Assembly: GCA_049287345.1 (NCBI GenBank)
Contig: JBAQFQ010000017.1
Span: forward strand, 4,555 to 68,554
DNA from: Candidatus Moraniibacteriota bacterium
GTDB lineage: Bacteria > Patescibacteriota > Minisyncoccia > Moranbacterales > UBA9337
Direction of reading: 5' to 3'
DNA: 64,000 bases
Shown here: piece by piece, positions 47,683 to 56,918 of the stretch
How positions within the stretch are numbered: the first letter of the stretch is position 1
Layout: every line of letters starts with the position of its first letter
Notes under the pieces: generated by a model
Databases searched by the model: none
What the model was told of the DNA's origin: nothing
The model's input: only the letters and a program-made list of their open reading frames with translations
Program-made: the position numbers and the translations under genes

Positions 47683-48990
47683 TTATAATTTTAATTGAGC
47701 GGTGGTAGTTAGGACTTTCCAATTGTTTAGAGTCAGAGCTTTTTCTGCAGAGGTCATTTTTTGCCAACGATAAATAGCCGCCACACTAATCATAGTAGCA
47801 TTATCAGTTGAATAATTAGAAACTTGAGACTGAAATTGCACGTGAGGAAGATTTTTTTTAATAGCTAAATTCATTTTTTCTCGAAGATTATCATTGGCAG
47901 AAACTCCTCCAGCAATGAAAATTGTCTGAGAATTGTGTAAAATAGCAGCTTGAATAGTTTTTTTAACTAAAACATCGGTAGCTGCCTCTTGAAATTCATA
48001 AGCCATTTCTTGGACAAAACTTTCTGGAAGCGGGTTTTTATCCTCGAGATTGTTTTCTTTTCTGTAATTTTTAACTTTGTATAAAACAGCTGTTTTTAAG
48101 CCAGAGAAGGAAAAATTAAAATCTTTGCTGTGTAACATCGGGCGAGGCAGATTATGTTTTTTGTCATTTGAAACTGGACGCCCGTTAGCCGTGACTGACG
48201 AATTGAAATTAGCCGCTTGGGTGGCTATAGCTGGTCCTCCTGGGTAACCTAAATCTAAAATACGAGCAACTTTATCAAAAGCTTCTCCCACGGCGTCATC
48301 TTGGGTTTCTCCAATTATTTCGTATTTAAAATGATCAGACATTAAAATCAATTGAGTGTGTCCACCAGAAACAACTAGAGACAAAATGGGAAATTTTATG
48401 TTAGCAGATTTAGCTGGTAGTTTAGTTAGCTTTTTAGAATCTGTATTTTTGGATGTTTCTTTATCATTAGAAATTAAATCATCTGGCATTGATTTGATAT
48501 TTGATATTGGTAATTTGGAATTTACGCTAATTTTATCGCAGATAAAATTAGCATAAATATGTCCCTCAATGTGATGAATTCCAAGGAGGGGCTTGTTATA
48601 AAGATAAGCAAGAGTTTTAGCAAAATTAGTGCCAATAAGCAGAGCAGGAATAAGGCCTGGACCATGAGTTACAGCAATTAAATCAATATCTTCTATTTGC
48701 TTATTTGCTTCTTGGAGAGCGGATTTTAAAACGGGGATGATATTTTTCAAGTGTTCTCTAGCGGCTAAATTAGGCACTACTCCTCCCCAAACGGCGTGCA
48801 GAGCTATTTGTGAAGAAATTATATTGGATAATACTAAAATTTCACCATTTTTTTCTTCTAAAATTGCGATAGCGGTTTCATCGCAAGAGGTCTCGATTCC
48901 TAAAACTAGCATAGTATTCATCATTAATATTACTTGTTTATCATAGTATTTGGGGAGAAAATAAGCAAGGTGAAGGTTATTAATATTCAA
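47683..48990 (-). CDS. tsaD: tRNA N6-adenosine threonylcarbamoyltransferase TsaD (Kae1/TsaD family) with ~45-aa low-complexity insertion
   Basis: MLVLGIETSCDET start (probable true start ~48912) and HIEGH metal-binding motif. The insertion SNIKSMPDDLISNDKETSKNTDSKKLTKLPAKSAN lies before the LVVSGGHTQL region. Confidence 0.85.
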   Translation of the reverse strand: MNINNLHLAYFLPKYYDKQVILMMNTMLVLGIETSCDETAIAILEEKNGEILVLSNIISSQIALHAVWGGVVPNLAAREHLKNIIPVLKSALQEANKQIEDIDLIAVTHGPGLIPALLIGTNFAKTLAYLYNKPLLGIHHIEGHIYANFICDKISVNSKLPISNIKSMPDDLISNDKETSKNTDSKKLTKLPAKSANIKFPILSLVVSGGHTQLILMSDHFKYEIIGETQDDAVGEAFDKVARILDLGYPGGPAIATQAANFNSSVTANGRPVSNDKKHNLPRPMLHSKDFNFSFSGLKTAVLYKVKNYRKENNLEDKNPLPESFVQEMAYEFQEAATDVLVKKTIQAAILHNSQTIFIAGGVSANDNLREKMNLAIKKNLPHVQFQSQVSNYSTDNATMISVAAIYRWQKMTSAEKALTLNNWKVLTTTAQLKL

Positions 48991-49131
48991 TACTCAACAT
49001 ACAATACTCATTCAATAATCAATAATACAATGTCCCATTAATTTGTTAAGTGTTGGATATTAAGTGTATATTGAATTTTGGTTATTTTTTTGAATAAACC
49101 CATCATTAACGCCGCAAACTGGCATTTTTGA

Positions 49132-49160
49132 TTGACAAAAAGCCTATTTGGGTGTATAAT
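49132..49160 (+). promoter_or_regulatory. Consensus sigma70 promoter TTGACA-N17-TATAAT
   Basis: Perfect hexamers; drives a ~250-nt leader before the CDS at 49415. Confidence 0.55.
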
Positions 49161-49198
49161 TATAAATTAGTACCTTGAAATAGGAAATGGCAAATTCA

Positions 49199-49309
49199 CC
49201 ACAGCAGAAAGAATTTTATGTGTCATTCCGAACTTGATTCGGAATCTCTCTAGATCCTAAATCAAGCTCAGGATGATGGGAGAAATGCAAAAAACTCTTT
49301 CTGCTGTGG
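49199..49309 (+). promoter_or_regulatory. Structured 5' leader: 14-bp long-range helix (CCACAGCAGAAAGA / TCTTTCTGCTGTGG) enclosing two hairpins with complementary loops; embeds a Family-2 element copy (TGTGTCAT at 49219)
   Basis: Hairpin 1 ATTCCGAA-CTTGA-TTCGGAAT, hairpin 2 ATCCT-AAATCAAGCTC-AGGAT. Loop CUUGA is complementary to UCAAG, a candidate kissing interaction. Confidence 0.4.
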
Positions 49310-49414
49310 CGAAACCATATCGGCCAAGTCTGACAGCGAACATCAAATTGATAAGTCTGGGACTCTGATTATTGAAATTGGAGCGAGGGACGAATCAAAA
49401 ATGGAGGTATTATT

Positions 49415-50080
49415 ATGGCAAAGAGTAAAAGGCAGATTGAAGCAATTTCTTCAGGAATGGGAGTTTTTGTAGCAATTATTTCTGGACTTGTTGAGCTTGT
49501 AAAAAGTTTCGGTGGGTCGATGGAAGATTTGTATAAGTTGGGGACTCCCGAAGGTAGACAAAAGCTGGAAGCGATCGCTTGCATTGTAGTTGGGAAAGAA
49601 ACGGAACTTAAAAATGAGTTTCTTAAACTCATCTCTGGTAATGAAACTCTCACCATTGATGCTTGCGACGGAACTAAAATTCTAGCGGAGGCAAATGATG
49701 TATTCAAATACGTGGACCTTGAATTTAAAAGTTGGAGCGCTGATCGGCGAGGGCAAGCGACTGTAGAAACCTCAGTGGAAGTTTATGAAATAGAGAAAGA
49801 CGCGACGTTTGTTCAAATGTTTAGCTCTCTCTCGTCTGATGTACGGAGACTTTGTTTTACACAAAATCAAATTATCGATTTTGTAAAAAAACATCGAAAG
49901 TGGCTTCAGACTATTGATCATGGAACATTTTTTCTATTTGAGTCCACTGGTGAAATATTCGTCGCCAACGTGAGCGTTGAATCGGGCGGCTTGCTCTGGG
50001 TGGAGGTGTTTCGCTTTGGGCACTTGAGCGTCTGGCACGTTGGGATTCCCCCTCGTTTGGTGATCCCGAAACTGGCTTGA
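49415..50080 (+). CDS. Hypothetical cytoplasmic protein (221 aa)
   Basis: Good SD (GGAGG) 7 nt upstream of the start; no recognisable domain. Confidence 0.45.
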   Translation: MAKSKRQIEAISSGMGVFVAIISGLVELVKSFGGSMEDLYKLGTPEGRQKLEAIACIVVGKETELKNEFLKLISGNETLTIDACDGTKILAEANDVFKYVDLEFKSWSADRRGQATVETSVEVYEIEKDATFVQMFSSLSSDVRRLCFTQNQIIDFVKKHRKWLQTIDHGTFFLFESTGEIFVANVSVESGGLLWVEVFRFGHLSVWHVGIPPRLVIPKLA

Positions 50081-50362
50081 AACTAAGTCACTTAGTTTCT
50101 TTAATTTTAAAGCCCCCTGATTCTTTGTCTCATTGACACTTTGAATTGGGGGGATTTTTTTTGTCTAACGAATAGGTGATAGCTAGAAAAATAGATGAAG
50201 AAATAATTTAATTTTAAAAGCATCTTCAATAAAGCTGGCATCAATATTTGGGGGTTTTTGAGTTGTTGTCTTGGGTGGAGAATTGGAGGATTGATTTCAT
50301 TAGACAAAAACCGATTCTTACCCTATATTTAGTTATAGAGTTATTGATTAAATTTAAATAAA

Positions 50363-51805
50363 ATGTCTAGTACTAATGTAAAGAAGGTATTTTTTTGGAT
50401 TTTAGTGTGTTTGTTTTTGTTAGTGGCCCCAGTGATTGTTATCTATTCAATGGGTTATCGTTTTAGTTTTGAGCGAGGAGTTTTTATCTATTCAGGTTCC
50501 ATTACGATTAAGCCCACCCCTCGGGAAGTGGAAATTTTTTTGGATAACAAGCGAGTCTCTACTGGTATGGTTAATTTCTTGAATTATTCCTATCACATGG
50601 GATCAATTTTGCCTGGGCGATATGTGCTGGAGGTAAAGGCGCCGGGATATCTGAGCTGGGCAAAAGAGGTTTATGTGCACAGTGGGGTTTCTACTGAGTT
50701 CTGGAACACTTTTTTGGTGAGAGAAAATTATACGCAAGTTGTTTATCCAACCAAGCAGGCGGAAAGCTTTTTTATTTCGCCAGATGGAAAAAGAGTGGCT
50801 TTGGTAGAGCGGGGAGAGGGAGAAACTTGGGTTAAAATTTTAGATATAAAAAAAGAGGAAATTTTGTATGCCTTTAATTTTGTCGGTTATAATTTTTCTG
50901 CTAATAAAAAAGACAATATTGAATGGTCACCTAAGGAAGGACGCCTAGCAGTGCCAATGGAAAAAGACGGAAAGAAGGAATATTTTATTATAAGCATTGG
51001 TGATGAAGAAGTTTTTAATTTAAATGAAAAATTAAAGACGGAGAATATTAGAAAACTTAGATGGAGTAGCGGAGACAGAAATACTCTTTTCTATATTCAG
51101 GACGAAAAACTTTTTCGATTAGATTTAGATAATTTGGAGAGTAGTCTGGAAGTGGCTAATAATTTGGCTAGTTATGATTTATCTGGTTCAAATATTTATT
51201 ATTTCTCCAAGGAGAACGGAATAATTTATCAAAAAAATATCAGTGGTCGAGGTGAGGCTACCCAAATAACAACTCAATCCATCGCAGCTAAGAGTGGTGA
51301 TGATTTTGAATTAATTGCTTATGATGAAGATCGGATTGCGGTTATTGATCAAGATAAAAAGTTATATTTATATAATCAAGGTGAAGTAGAAAGTGGGATA
51401 AAAGAATTAGCGACTGATGTACTTGGTGTGCACTTTTCTAATGACGGCAAGAAAATTGCCCTTTGGAGTAATAACGAAATTGCTGTTTACTTTGTTAGAA
51501 AATGGGAGACTCAGCCAGCTAGAACTGAGGGTCAAAAAATAGATATTGTCCGTTTTTCTCAACCAATTAGTAATGTGGGTTGGTTTAAGGATTATGAACA
51601 TCTTATCTTTTCTACAGGTAATCAGATTAAGATAGTTGAATTGGATAATCGATCGTTAAAAAATATCAATAATTTGGTAACCCTTAAGGACAATGTAACT
51701 AAGGCTAATTATAATGTTAGAGAGGATAATCTTTTCTATGTTGATAAAGCTATTGAGGCTGGGGGGTTGTGCTCGATCAGCTTAACTGAGGAGAATAAGG
51801 ATTAA
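50363..51805 (+). CDS. Membrane-anchored protein with PEGA-like domain and TolB-like beta-propeller region, hypothetical
   Basis: N-terminal TM. PEGA-like KPTPREVEIFLDNKRV..ILPGRYVLEVKAPGY, then repetitive beta-strand-rich segments. Confidence 0.35.
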   Translation: MSSTNVKKVFFWILVCLFLLVAPVIVIYSMGYRFSFERGVFIYSGSITIKPTPREVEIFLDNKRVSTGMVNFLNYSYHMGSILPGRYVLEVKAPGYLSWAKEVYVHSGVSTEFWNTFLVRENYTQVVYPTKQAESFFISPDGKRVALVERGEGETWVKILDIKKEEILYAFNFVGYNFSANKKDNIEWSPKEGRLAVPMEKDGKKEYFIISIGDEEVFNLNEKLKTENIRKLRWSSGDRNTLFYIQDEKLFRLDLDNLESSLEVANNLASYDLSGSNIYYFSKENGIIYQKNISGRGEATQITTQSIAAKSGDDFELIAYDEDRIAVIDQDKKLYLYNQGEVESGIKELATDVLGVHFSNDGKKIALWSNNEIAVYFVRKWETQPARTEGQKIDIVRFSQPISNVGWFKDYEHLIFSTGNQIKIVELDNRSLKNINNLVTLKDNVTKANYNVREDNLFYVDKAIEAGGLCSISLTEENKD

Positions 51806-51822
51806 ATTTTAGATAAAAATAT

Positions 51823-52332
51823 ATGGAAGAAAACTTTCAAACAATATCATTTTACTTATTGATAATTTTATTTGTTTTACTTTTCTTGATAATTTTATTA
51901 AATGTTTTTTTATTTGCTAAGTTTAAAAAGATAAATCAGTTAGCGCAGAGCTTTTTTTCTGGAAAGAATGGAAAGGATTTAGAAGAGGTTATTAACATCC
52001 AAAATAAAAACATTGAAAAATTAGAAAAAGATATCAAAGAATTATTTGATGGTTATGAAAAAATATTTAATATTGCTGCCAAGGGTATTCAAAAGGTGGG
52101 GGTTTTAAGATATAATCCTTTTCGAGATATGGGCGGTAATCAAAGTTTCTCCATTGCTTTGTTAGATAGAAGTGACTCGGGTTTATTGATCACTACTTTA
52201 GCCACTAGGGATGGGGCAAGAGTTTTTAGTAAGATGGTTACCCGTGGGGATTGCACTGAATTTCCATTATTAGAAGAGGAGAAAAAAGCGATAAAAATAG
52301 CGCGATCATCAAAAAAGAATATTGCCGTTTAG
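51823..52332 (+). CDS. Small membrane-anchored hypothetical protein
   Basis: N-terminal TM only. Confidence 0.35.
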   Translation: MEENFQTISFYLLIILFVLLFLIILLNVFLFAKFKKINQLAQSFFSGKNGKDLEEVINIQNKNIEKLEKDIKELFDGYEKIFNIAAKGIQKVGVLRYNPFRDMGGNQSFSIALLDRSDSGLLITTLATRDGARVFSKMVTRGDCTEFPLLEEEKKAIKIARSSKKNIAV

Positions 52333-52360
52333 GATTGATTTAAATTATTTTACAAAAATA

Positions 52361-52395
52361 AAAAACGCCAGTAGTTGTGCTGGCGTTTTTGTTTG
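52361..52395. terminator. Bidirectional rho-independent terminator between convergent genes
   Basis: AAAAACGCCAG-TAGTTGTG-CTGGCGTTTTTG; A/T tracts on both sides. Confidence 0.6.
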
Positions 52396-52397
52396 GT

Positions 52398-52733
52398 TTA
52401 TTTTATTTTCTTGAAGCTTACTTTGTAAACAGGTTCGTATTCAGCTTCGTATTCATCTTTAATTTGAATGCTCTTCCCCTCCATTAGTTGAGAGATGGCA
52501 ATGTCAGAGGCCATTTCATTTAGTGTATCAATTTCATGTTTTAAATCGTCTAGGCGAGGAGATTTGTTAACTTCTTCTATTTTCTTTTTTTGATCTCTGA
52601 GTTTTTTAGCTTCTTCAACTATTTTTTGGTAATTTCCATCATTATCTAAGAGATATTTGTATTCGCGACTGATTTCTCGACGTTCTTTTTTAAATTTTTG
52701 AATTTCATCAAAAACTTCTTGGAGATTTTTCAT
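52398..52733 (-). CDS. Coiled-coil hypothetical protein (111 aa)
   Basis: Heptad-rich K/E sequence only. Confidence 0.35.
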   Translation of the reverse strand: MKNLQEVFDEIQKFKKERREISREYKYLLDNDGNYQKIVEEAKKLRDQKKKIEEVNKSPRLDDLKHEIDTLNEMASDIAISQLMEGKSIQIKDEYEAEYEPVYKVSFKKIK

Positions 52734-52822
52734 TTTTTTTATTTTTAAAATTTATTTACAAATAACAGAAATAATTCTAACATAGAAGAAGATAAACTCA
52801 AAATTTCGCAAATCCGTCTAAA

Positions 52823-53806
52823 TTGTCAAACATTGGTGAGTTGAAATATTTAAAAGTTTTTATGAAAATTTATTTAAAAATAATAATATTAATATTTTTG
52901 GCTTTAGGTGGGATATTTTTTGTTACGAGTAATTTGGAGGAATTTAAATATGAAACTAGGCAGGCGCTAAAGGTTGCAAAGCTTGTTACGGTTTGTGATG
53001 AAACATTATATTACTCTTTGGGAAGTGTGGATAGTCGATTCAACCTTTCAACAGAAGAAATAAAAGCGGTAACTCTGGCGGCTGAAGGGGTTTGGGAACA
53101 AGCTTTGGGGAAAAATGTTTTTGAATATCGAGAGGGCGCCGAATTTAAGATAAATTTTATTTTTGATGAACGTCAGCAAAGTACGATAGAGAAAAGTAGT
53201 TTGGATCTAGAGTTGGATAAGCTGGAGCAGCATAAAGATAATATCTCTCAGGAGTATTTGGGTATTCAAGCGAGTTACAAAAAAGCGGTGGCGAGTTATG
53301 AGAAAAAAATAAAGAATTACGAGGAGGCTGTGGATGATTTTAACGCGCAGGTAAAAAAATGGGATGAGCAGGGCGGTGCCCCGGCAGATGAATATGATAA
53401 ATTGAAAAAAGAAGAAAAATCCTTAGATAAACTTCGAAATCAATTGGAGCAGGATCGCAAAGCTATTAATGGATTAGTGACAAAAATGAATGCCCTAGCA
53501 ACTAAGGAGGGTACTTTGGTGGAAAATTATAATAAGAGTATTGAAACATATAAAGATAAGTTTGGAGAAAGTCGGGAGTTTAATCAGGGGGAATATGTCG
53601 GCACGGAAATTAATATTTACCAATTCCATGAACAAAAAGATTTGAAATTAGTAATTGCTCATGAGTTGGGACATGCTTTGACGGTGGGACATGTGGAAAA
53701 TCCGCAATCTTTGATGTATTATTTAATGGATAAGCAGGATTTGGAAAATATAAAATTAACCCAAGAGGATTTAGCTGCTATTAAAGAGATTTGCAAAATA
53801 AAATAA
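52823..53806 (+). CDS. Membrane-anchored zinc metalloprotease, metzincin-like (HELGHALTVGH + Met-turn), with central coiled coil
   Basis: HExxHxxxxGH followed by SLMYY near the C-terminus; N-terminal TM. Confidence 0.5.
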   Translation: MSNIGELKYLKVFMKIYLKIIILIFLALGGIFFVTSNLEEFKYETRQALKVAKLVTVCDETLYYSLGSVDSRFNLSTEEIKAVTLAAEGVWEQALGKNVFEYREGAEFKINFIFDERQQSTIEKSSLDLELDKLEQHKDNISQEYLGIQASYKKAVASYEKKIKNYEEAVDDFNAQVKKWDEQGGAPADEYDKLKKEEKSLDKLRNQLEQDRKAINGLVTKMNALATKEGTLVENYNKSIETYKDKFGESREFNQGEYVGTEINIYQFHEQKDLKLVIAHELGHALTVGHVENPQSLMYYLMDKQDLENIKLTQEDLAAIKEICKIK

Positions 53807-54801
53807 TAAATAAAACAAAAATGAAAAAGAAAATATTTAAGGTTCTATGTTTGGCAGCGGTATTGTTTTCAGCATTGGCAGTTTGGTATTTGGTAGATAA
53901 GCTTTTTAATCAAGCTTATTTAAGTAGTTGGCCTTGGCTTATTTTTTTTGTGGCAGTATTTTTCATCACTTGGTTAATTGGTGCGATTGTGCTAAGGGAT
54001 GGAAAATTATTTTTGGGCATTACTATGCTAGCGTTGCTATCTCAACTTATTTTTACAAAAAGCTTTGAATCGCTAGGAATAATTTTTGTGGCTCAGGCGG
54101 TTCTTTGGATAGCCAGGAAGTTTATCCGAAAAGAGATTAAAATGAGGTTAAAGCTAGATATCTGGAATTATCTGCGGGTAGGTAGACGTTTTTTTATTTT
54201 AGCTATTGCTCTGATGTTAGCTGGTCAATATTATTTTACGAGCAATACGCAGATGGTTTCAGAAAATTTTCCTAAATTTAAAATTAATCATAATCAGTCT
54301 GGTTTATTGTTGAAAATTATTGCTTGGGTGGATCCAAATTTAATTAAGCCTGATGGACAAGCGGTAAATGTAAATGAATTCATTATTAACAAATTTAATC
54401 AGGATCCACTGACAAGTAAAAAGATGGGCATGGTGGTTGATTTTAATAATGTTAATTACAATCAGCAAGCTGTTATTTTAGCAGAGGGGAAAAGCAATAT
54501 TTCTCGGATGGTTGAGCGAGAGGTTGGTGAGGAGGAAAAGATGGTGGATATTTTTTTGGAAATAACTAATAATAAACTAGATGATTTCATGAGTGTGAAT
54601 ATTGGTTATGTGGATAAAGATATGCCGATTACTCATTTAATATTTACCGTAGCTATCTTTTTGGCAATTATGGGAACGGGCATGCTAGTGAGTGTCTTTT
54701 TGGTAATATTTATTGTGGGCTTGTTTAGATTTTTAATTATTATCGGGCTGTTGTCGATTAATAAAAAAGCAGTTAATATGGAAGTAATCAAAATTGTTTA
54801 A
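53791..54801 (+). CDS. Polytopic membrane protein, hypothetical
   Basis: Multiple TM helices; 16-nt overlap with the upstream gene. Confidence 0.35.
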   Translation: MQNKIINKTKMKKKIFKVLCLAAVLFSALAVWYLVDKLFNQAYLSSWPWLIFFVAVFFITWLIGAIVLRDGKLFLGITMLALLSQLIFTKSFESLGIIFVAQAVLWIARKFIRKEIKMRLKLDIWNYLRVGRRFFILAIALMLAGQYYFTSNTQMVSENFPKFKINHNQSGLLLKIIAWVDPNLIKPDGQAVNVNEFIINKFNQDPLTSKKMGMVVDFNNVNYNQQAVILAEGKSNISRMVEREVGEEEKMVDIFLEITNNKLDDFMSVNIGYVDKDMPITHLIFTVAIFLAIMGTGMLVSVFLVIFIVGLFRFLIIIGLLSINKKAVNMEVIKIV

Positions 54802-54825
54802 ATATTGGGTACTTAAAATTAGTAT

Positions 54826-55833
54826 ATGTTCAAAAAAATAGGAATTTTAGTTTTATTGGGAGTAATTATTGCAATAGGGGTGTTGTCTATACAGGGAGAT
54901 AAGCAGGCAAATCAGCTAGTTGATTTTGAGGTGAAAAAAAATGAAAATATTTGGAATACTGCTGGTAATTTAAAAAAAGCAGGGATTATTGAAAGTAAGA
55001 TTTATTTTGTGACCTATGCTTTTGTTAAAAATTATCGAGGGAAAATTAAGGCGGGAAAGTATTCAATTAGTCCAAATTTAAAAACACAAGAAATATTGAT
55101 ATTACTTTCTAAAGGTAGCGAGGGGGTAGAAAGGGAATCGCGAACAATCACCTTCCCACCATATTTTTCTTTAAAACAAATAGCCAAGCTTTTAACTGAC
55201 AATAATTTTGATGGTGAGGCTTTTTTGGAATTAATAAATAGTCCCCAATATTTTAAGGAGAAATATGGTTTTGATTTTTTAGGAGAGATTCCAGCGGGGA
55301 AAAATTTGGAGGGATATTTATTTCCAGACACTCATTCATTTTTTGTGGATGCTAGTGCTGAGGAAATCATTGTTAAAATGTTAAATAATTTTGATCGAAG
55401 AATTTCTCCAGAAATAAGAAGTGAGATCAAAAAACAAAATAAGACTATTTATGAGATATTGACTATGGCTAGTATTATCGAAAAAGAGTCCAATAATGCC
55501 AATGATAAAAGAATAGTGAGTGGAATATTTTATAATAGAATAAAAAGTGGGCAAGCTTTGCAAAGTTGCGCTACTTTGGCTTTTGTTTTGGGCGAGGATA
55601 AAGATCAGTATTCCTATGAGGATACACAGGTTAAATCGCCCTACAATACTTATCTGAACGCCGGGCTTCCACCGGGACCGATTGTTAATCCGACGCTGGA
55701 ATCAATAATGGCAGCAATTTACCCAACTAAAACTAACTATTATTATTTTTTAAATAATCCAAAAACTAAGGAAACTTTCTTTGCCACTACCCTGGAAGAG
55801 CACAATAGAAATAAAGATAAGAATGGGTTGTAG
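54826..55833 (+). CDS. mltG: Endolytic murein transglycosylase MltG/YceG (full length)
   Basis: N-terminal TM, YceG domain, and the C-terminal SPYNTYLNAGLPPGPIVNP motif shared with the partial copy at 1..443. Confidence 0.85.
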   Translation: MFKKIGILVLLGVIIAIGVLSIQGDKQANQLVDFEVKKNENIWNTAGNLKKAGIIESKIYFVTYAFVKNYRGKIKAGKYSISPNLKTQEILILLSKGSEGVERESRTITFPPYFSLKQIAKLLTDNNFDGEAFLELINSPQYFKEKYGFDFLGEIPAGKNLEGYLFPDTHSFFVDASAEEIIVKMLNNFDRRISPEIRSEIKKQNKTIYEILTMASIIEKESNNANDKRIVSGIFYNRIKSGQALQSCATLAFVLGEDKDQYSYEDTQVKSPYNTYLNAGLPPGPIVNPTLESIMAAIYPTKTNYYYFLNNPKTKETFFATTLEEHNRNKDKNGL

Positions 55834-55837
55834 GTGT

Positions 55838-55980
55838 TAAAATGTTCTAGATGTTGAAAATGTCGTATCTTTTTGATTGTTTCCCTGGTCTACAAAATAA
55901 TAATTTGGTCATCAAGTCAAAAGTCATCAGTTATCGAGGTTGAGATGTATTTAGATGACGGATTGCGGATGACTGATGAT
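55838..55980 (+). promoter_or_regulatory. Regulatory repeat block: AAATGTTCTAGATGTTGAAAATGTC followed by GTCATCA x2 / TGATGAC x2 inverted array
   Basis: Seen directly upstream of the DedA gene; the first motif matches the hexamer array at 21901..22008. Confidence 0.35.
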
Positions 55981-56017
55981 TTTGAGTGTTTTAATGTTAA
56001 TATGTTAACGTGATTTT

Positions 56018-56608
56018 ATGTTTTTTACCGGACAAGAAATTTTGGATTTTTTAAGTGTTTGGGGATATTTTGTTATTTTGCCCTTGATGATCGTTGAAGG
56101 TCCAATTGTAACTATAATTGCGGCTATGTTGGCTTCGTTTGGGGTTTTAAATGCTTGGGTGGTATTATTCTTTTCAATAGGGGGAGATATCATTGGTGAT
56201 GTGGTTTTATATTGGTTGGGGAAGAGTTGGGGGATGAAATTTGTGGATAAGTTTGGCAGATACTTTGGGATTACCAGAGAGTTGGTTTTAAAAATGGAAA
56301 AGTATTTCAAAGGACATGGAGGAAAAACTATTTTTGCAGTTAAATCAACAACTGGACTTTGCTGGGCAACCTTTGTGGCGGCAGGTATTGTTAGAATGGA
56401 TTTTAAGAAATTTTTAGGTTATTCTATTTTAGGAGGAATTGTTTGGAGTGGATTTTTGGTGGCGATGGGTTATTTTTATGGGTATATGTGGCAACAAATT
56501 AAGCAGTATATTGAGTGGGCTGGTTTTCTGGCAATTGGTCTAGCAATTGTAACTTTCATTTTAATAACTTCGTATAAGAAATATAAATCAAAAGAAATAA
56601 TAAATTAA
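56018..56608 (+). CDS. DedA/TVP38 (VTT domain) family membrane protein
   Basis: Conserved G..G(D/E) and re-entrant loop pattern; GYFYGY near the C-terminus. Confidence 0.7.
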   Translation: MFFTGQEILDFLSVWGYFVILPLMIVEGPIVTIIAAMLASFGVLNAWVVLFFSIGGDIIGDVVLYWLGKSWGMKFVDKFGRYFGITRELVLKMEKYFKGHGGKTIFAVKSTTGLCWATFVAAGIVRMDFKKFLGYSILGGIVWSGFLVAMGYFYGYMWQQIKQYIEWAGFLAIGLAIVTFILITSYKKYKSKEIIN

Positions 56609-56635
56609 TTAATTTAAGTTTTATTTTACAAATAT

Positions 56636-56794
56636 ATGGCTGACAATTTATCTCAATTAAAAGAAAAAATTCGTGATTTGGAGAGACAGCGTGAAATGAT
56701 GGCTGATAAAATCCAAGAACTATCCAGAGAAATGGAAAAAACCAGAGAAGATATCCGAGAAATAGGGAAAATAGTGGAGGATATTGAAAAATAA
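56636..56794 (+). CDS. 52-aa coiled-coil small protein (not in the ORF track), hypothetical
   Basis: MADNLSQLKEKIRDLERQREMMADKIQELSREMEKTREDIREIGKIVEDIEK, followed by a 10-bp stem terminator at ~56808..56850. Confidence 0.3.
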   Translation: MADNLSQLKEKIRDLERQREMMADKIQELSREMEKTREDIREIGKIVEDIEK

Positions 56795-56918
56795 GGAAAA
56801 TATTAAAAACGCAAGAGACCCATTTTTAAAAGATGGGTCTCTCTATGCAAAATGAGGCAAAAGAGATAAAATTGGCTTAGTTGACTGTGAATCTAAAAAA
56901 TTGAAAAAGCATTAATGT

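Noticed and set aside
49199-49309. Purine (guanine/adenine) riboswitch, because of the three-way junction with kissing loops.
   Set aside because: Junction lengths (J1/2 ~10 nt, J3/1 ~20 nt, P1 14 bp) and the conserved junction nucleotides do not match the class. The downstream gene is not purine-related.
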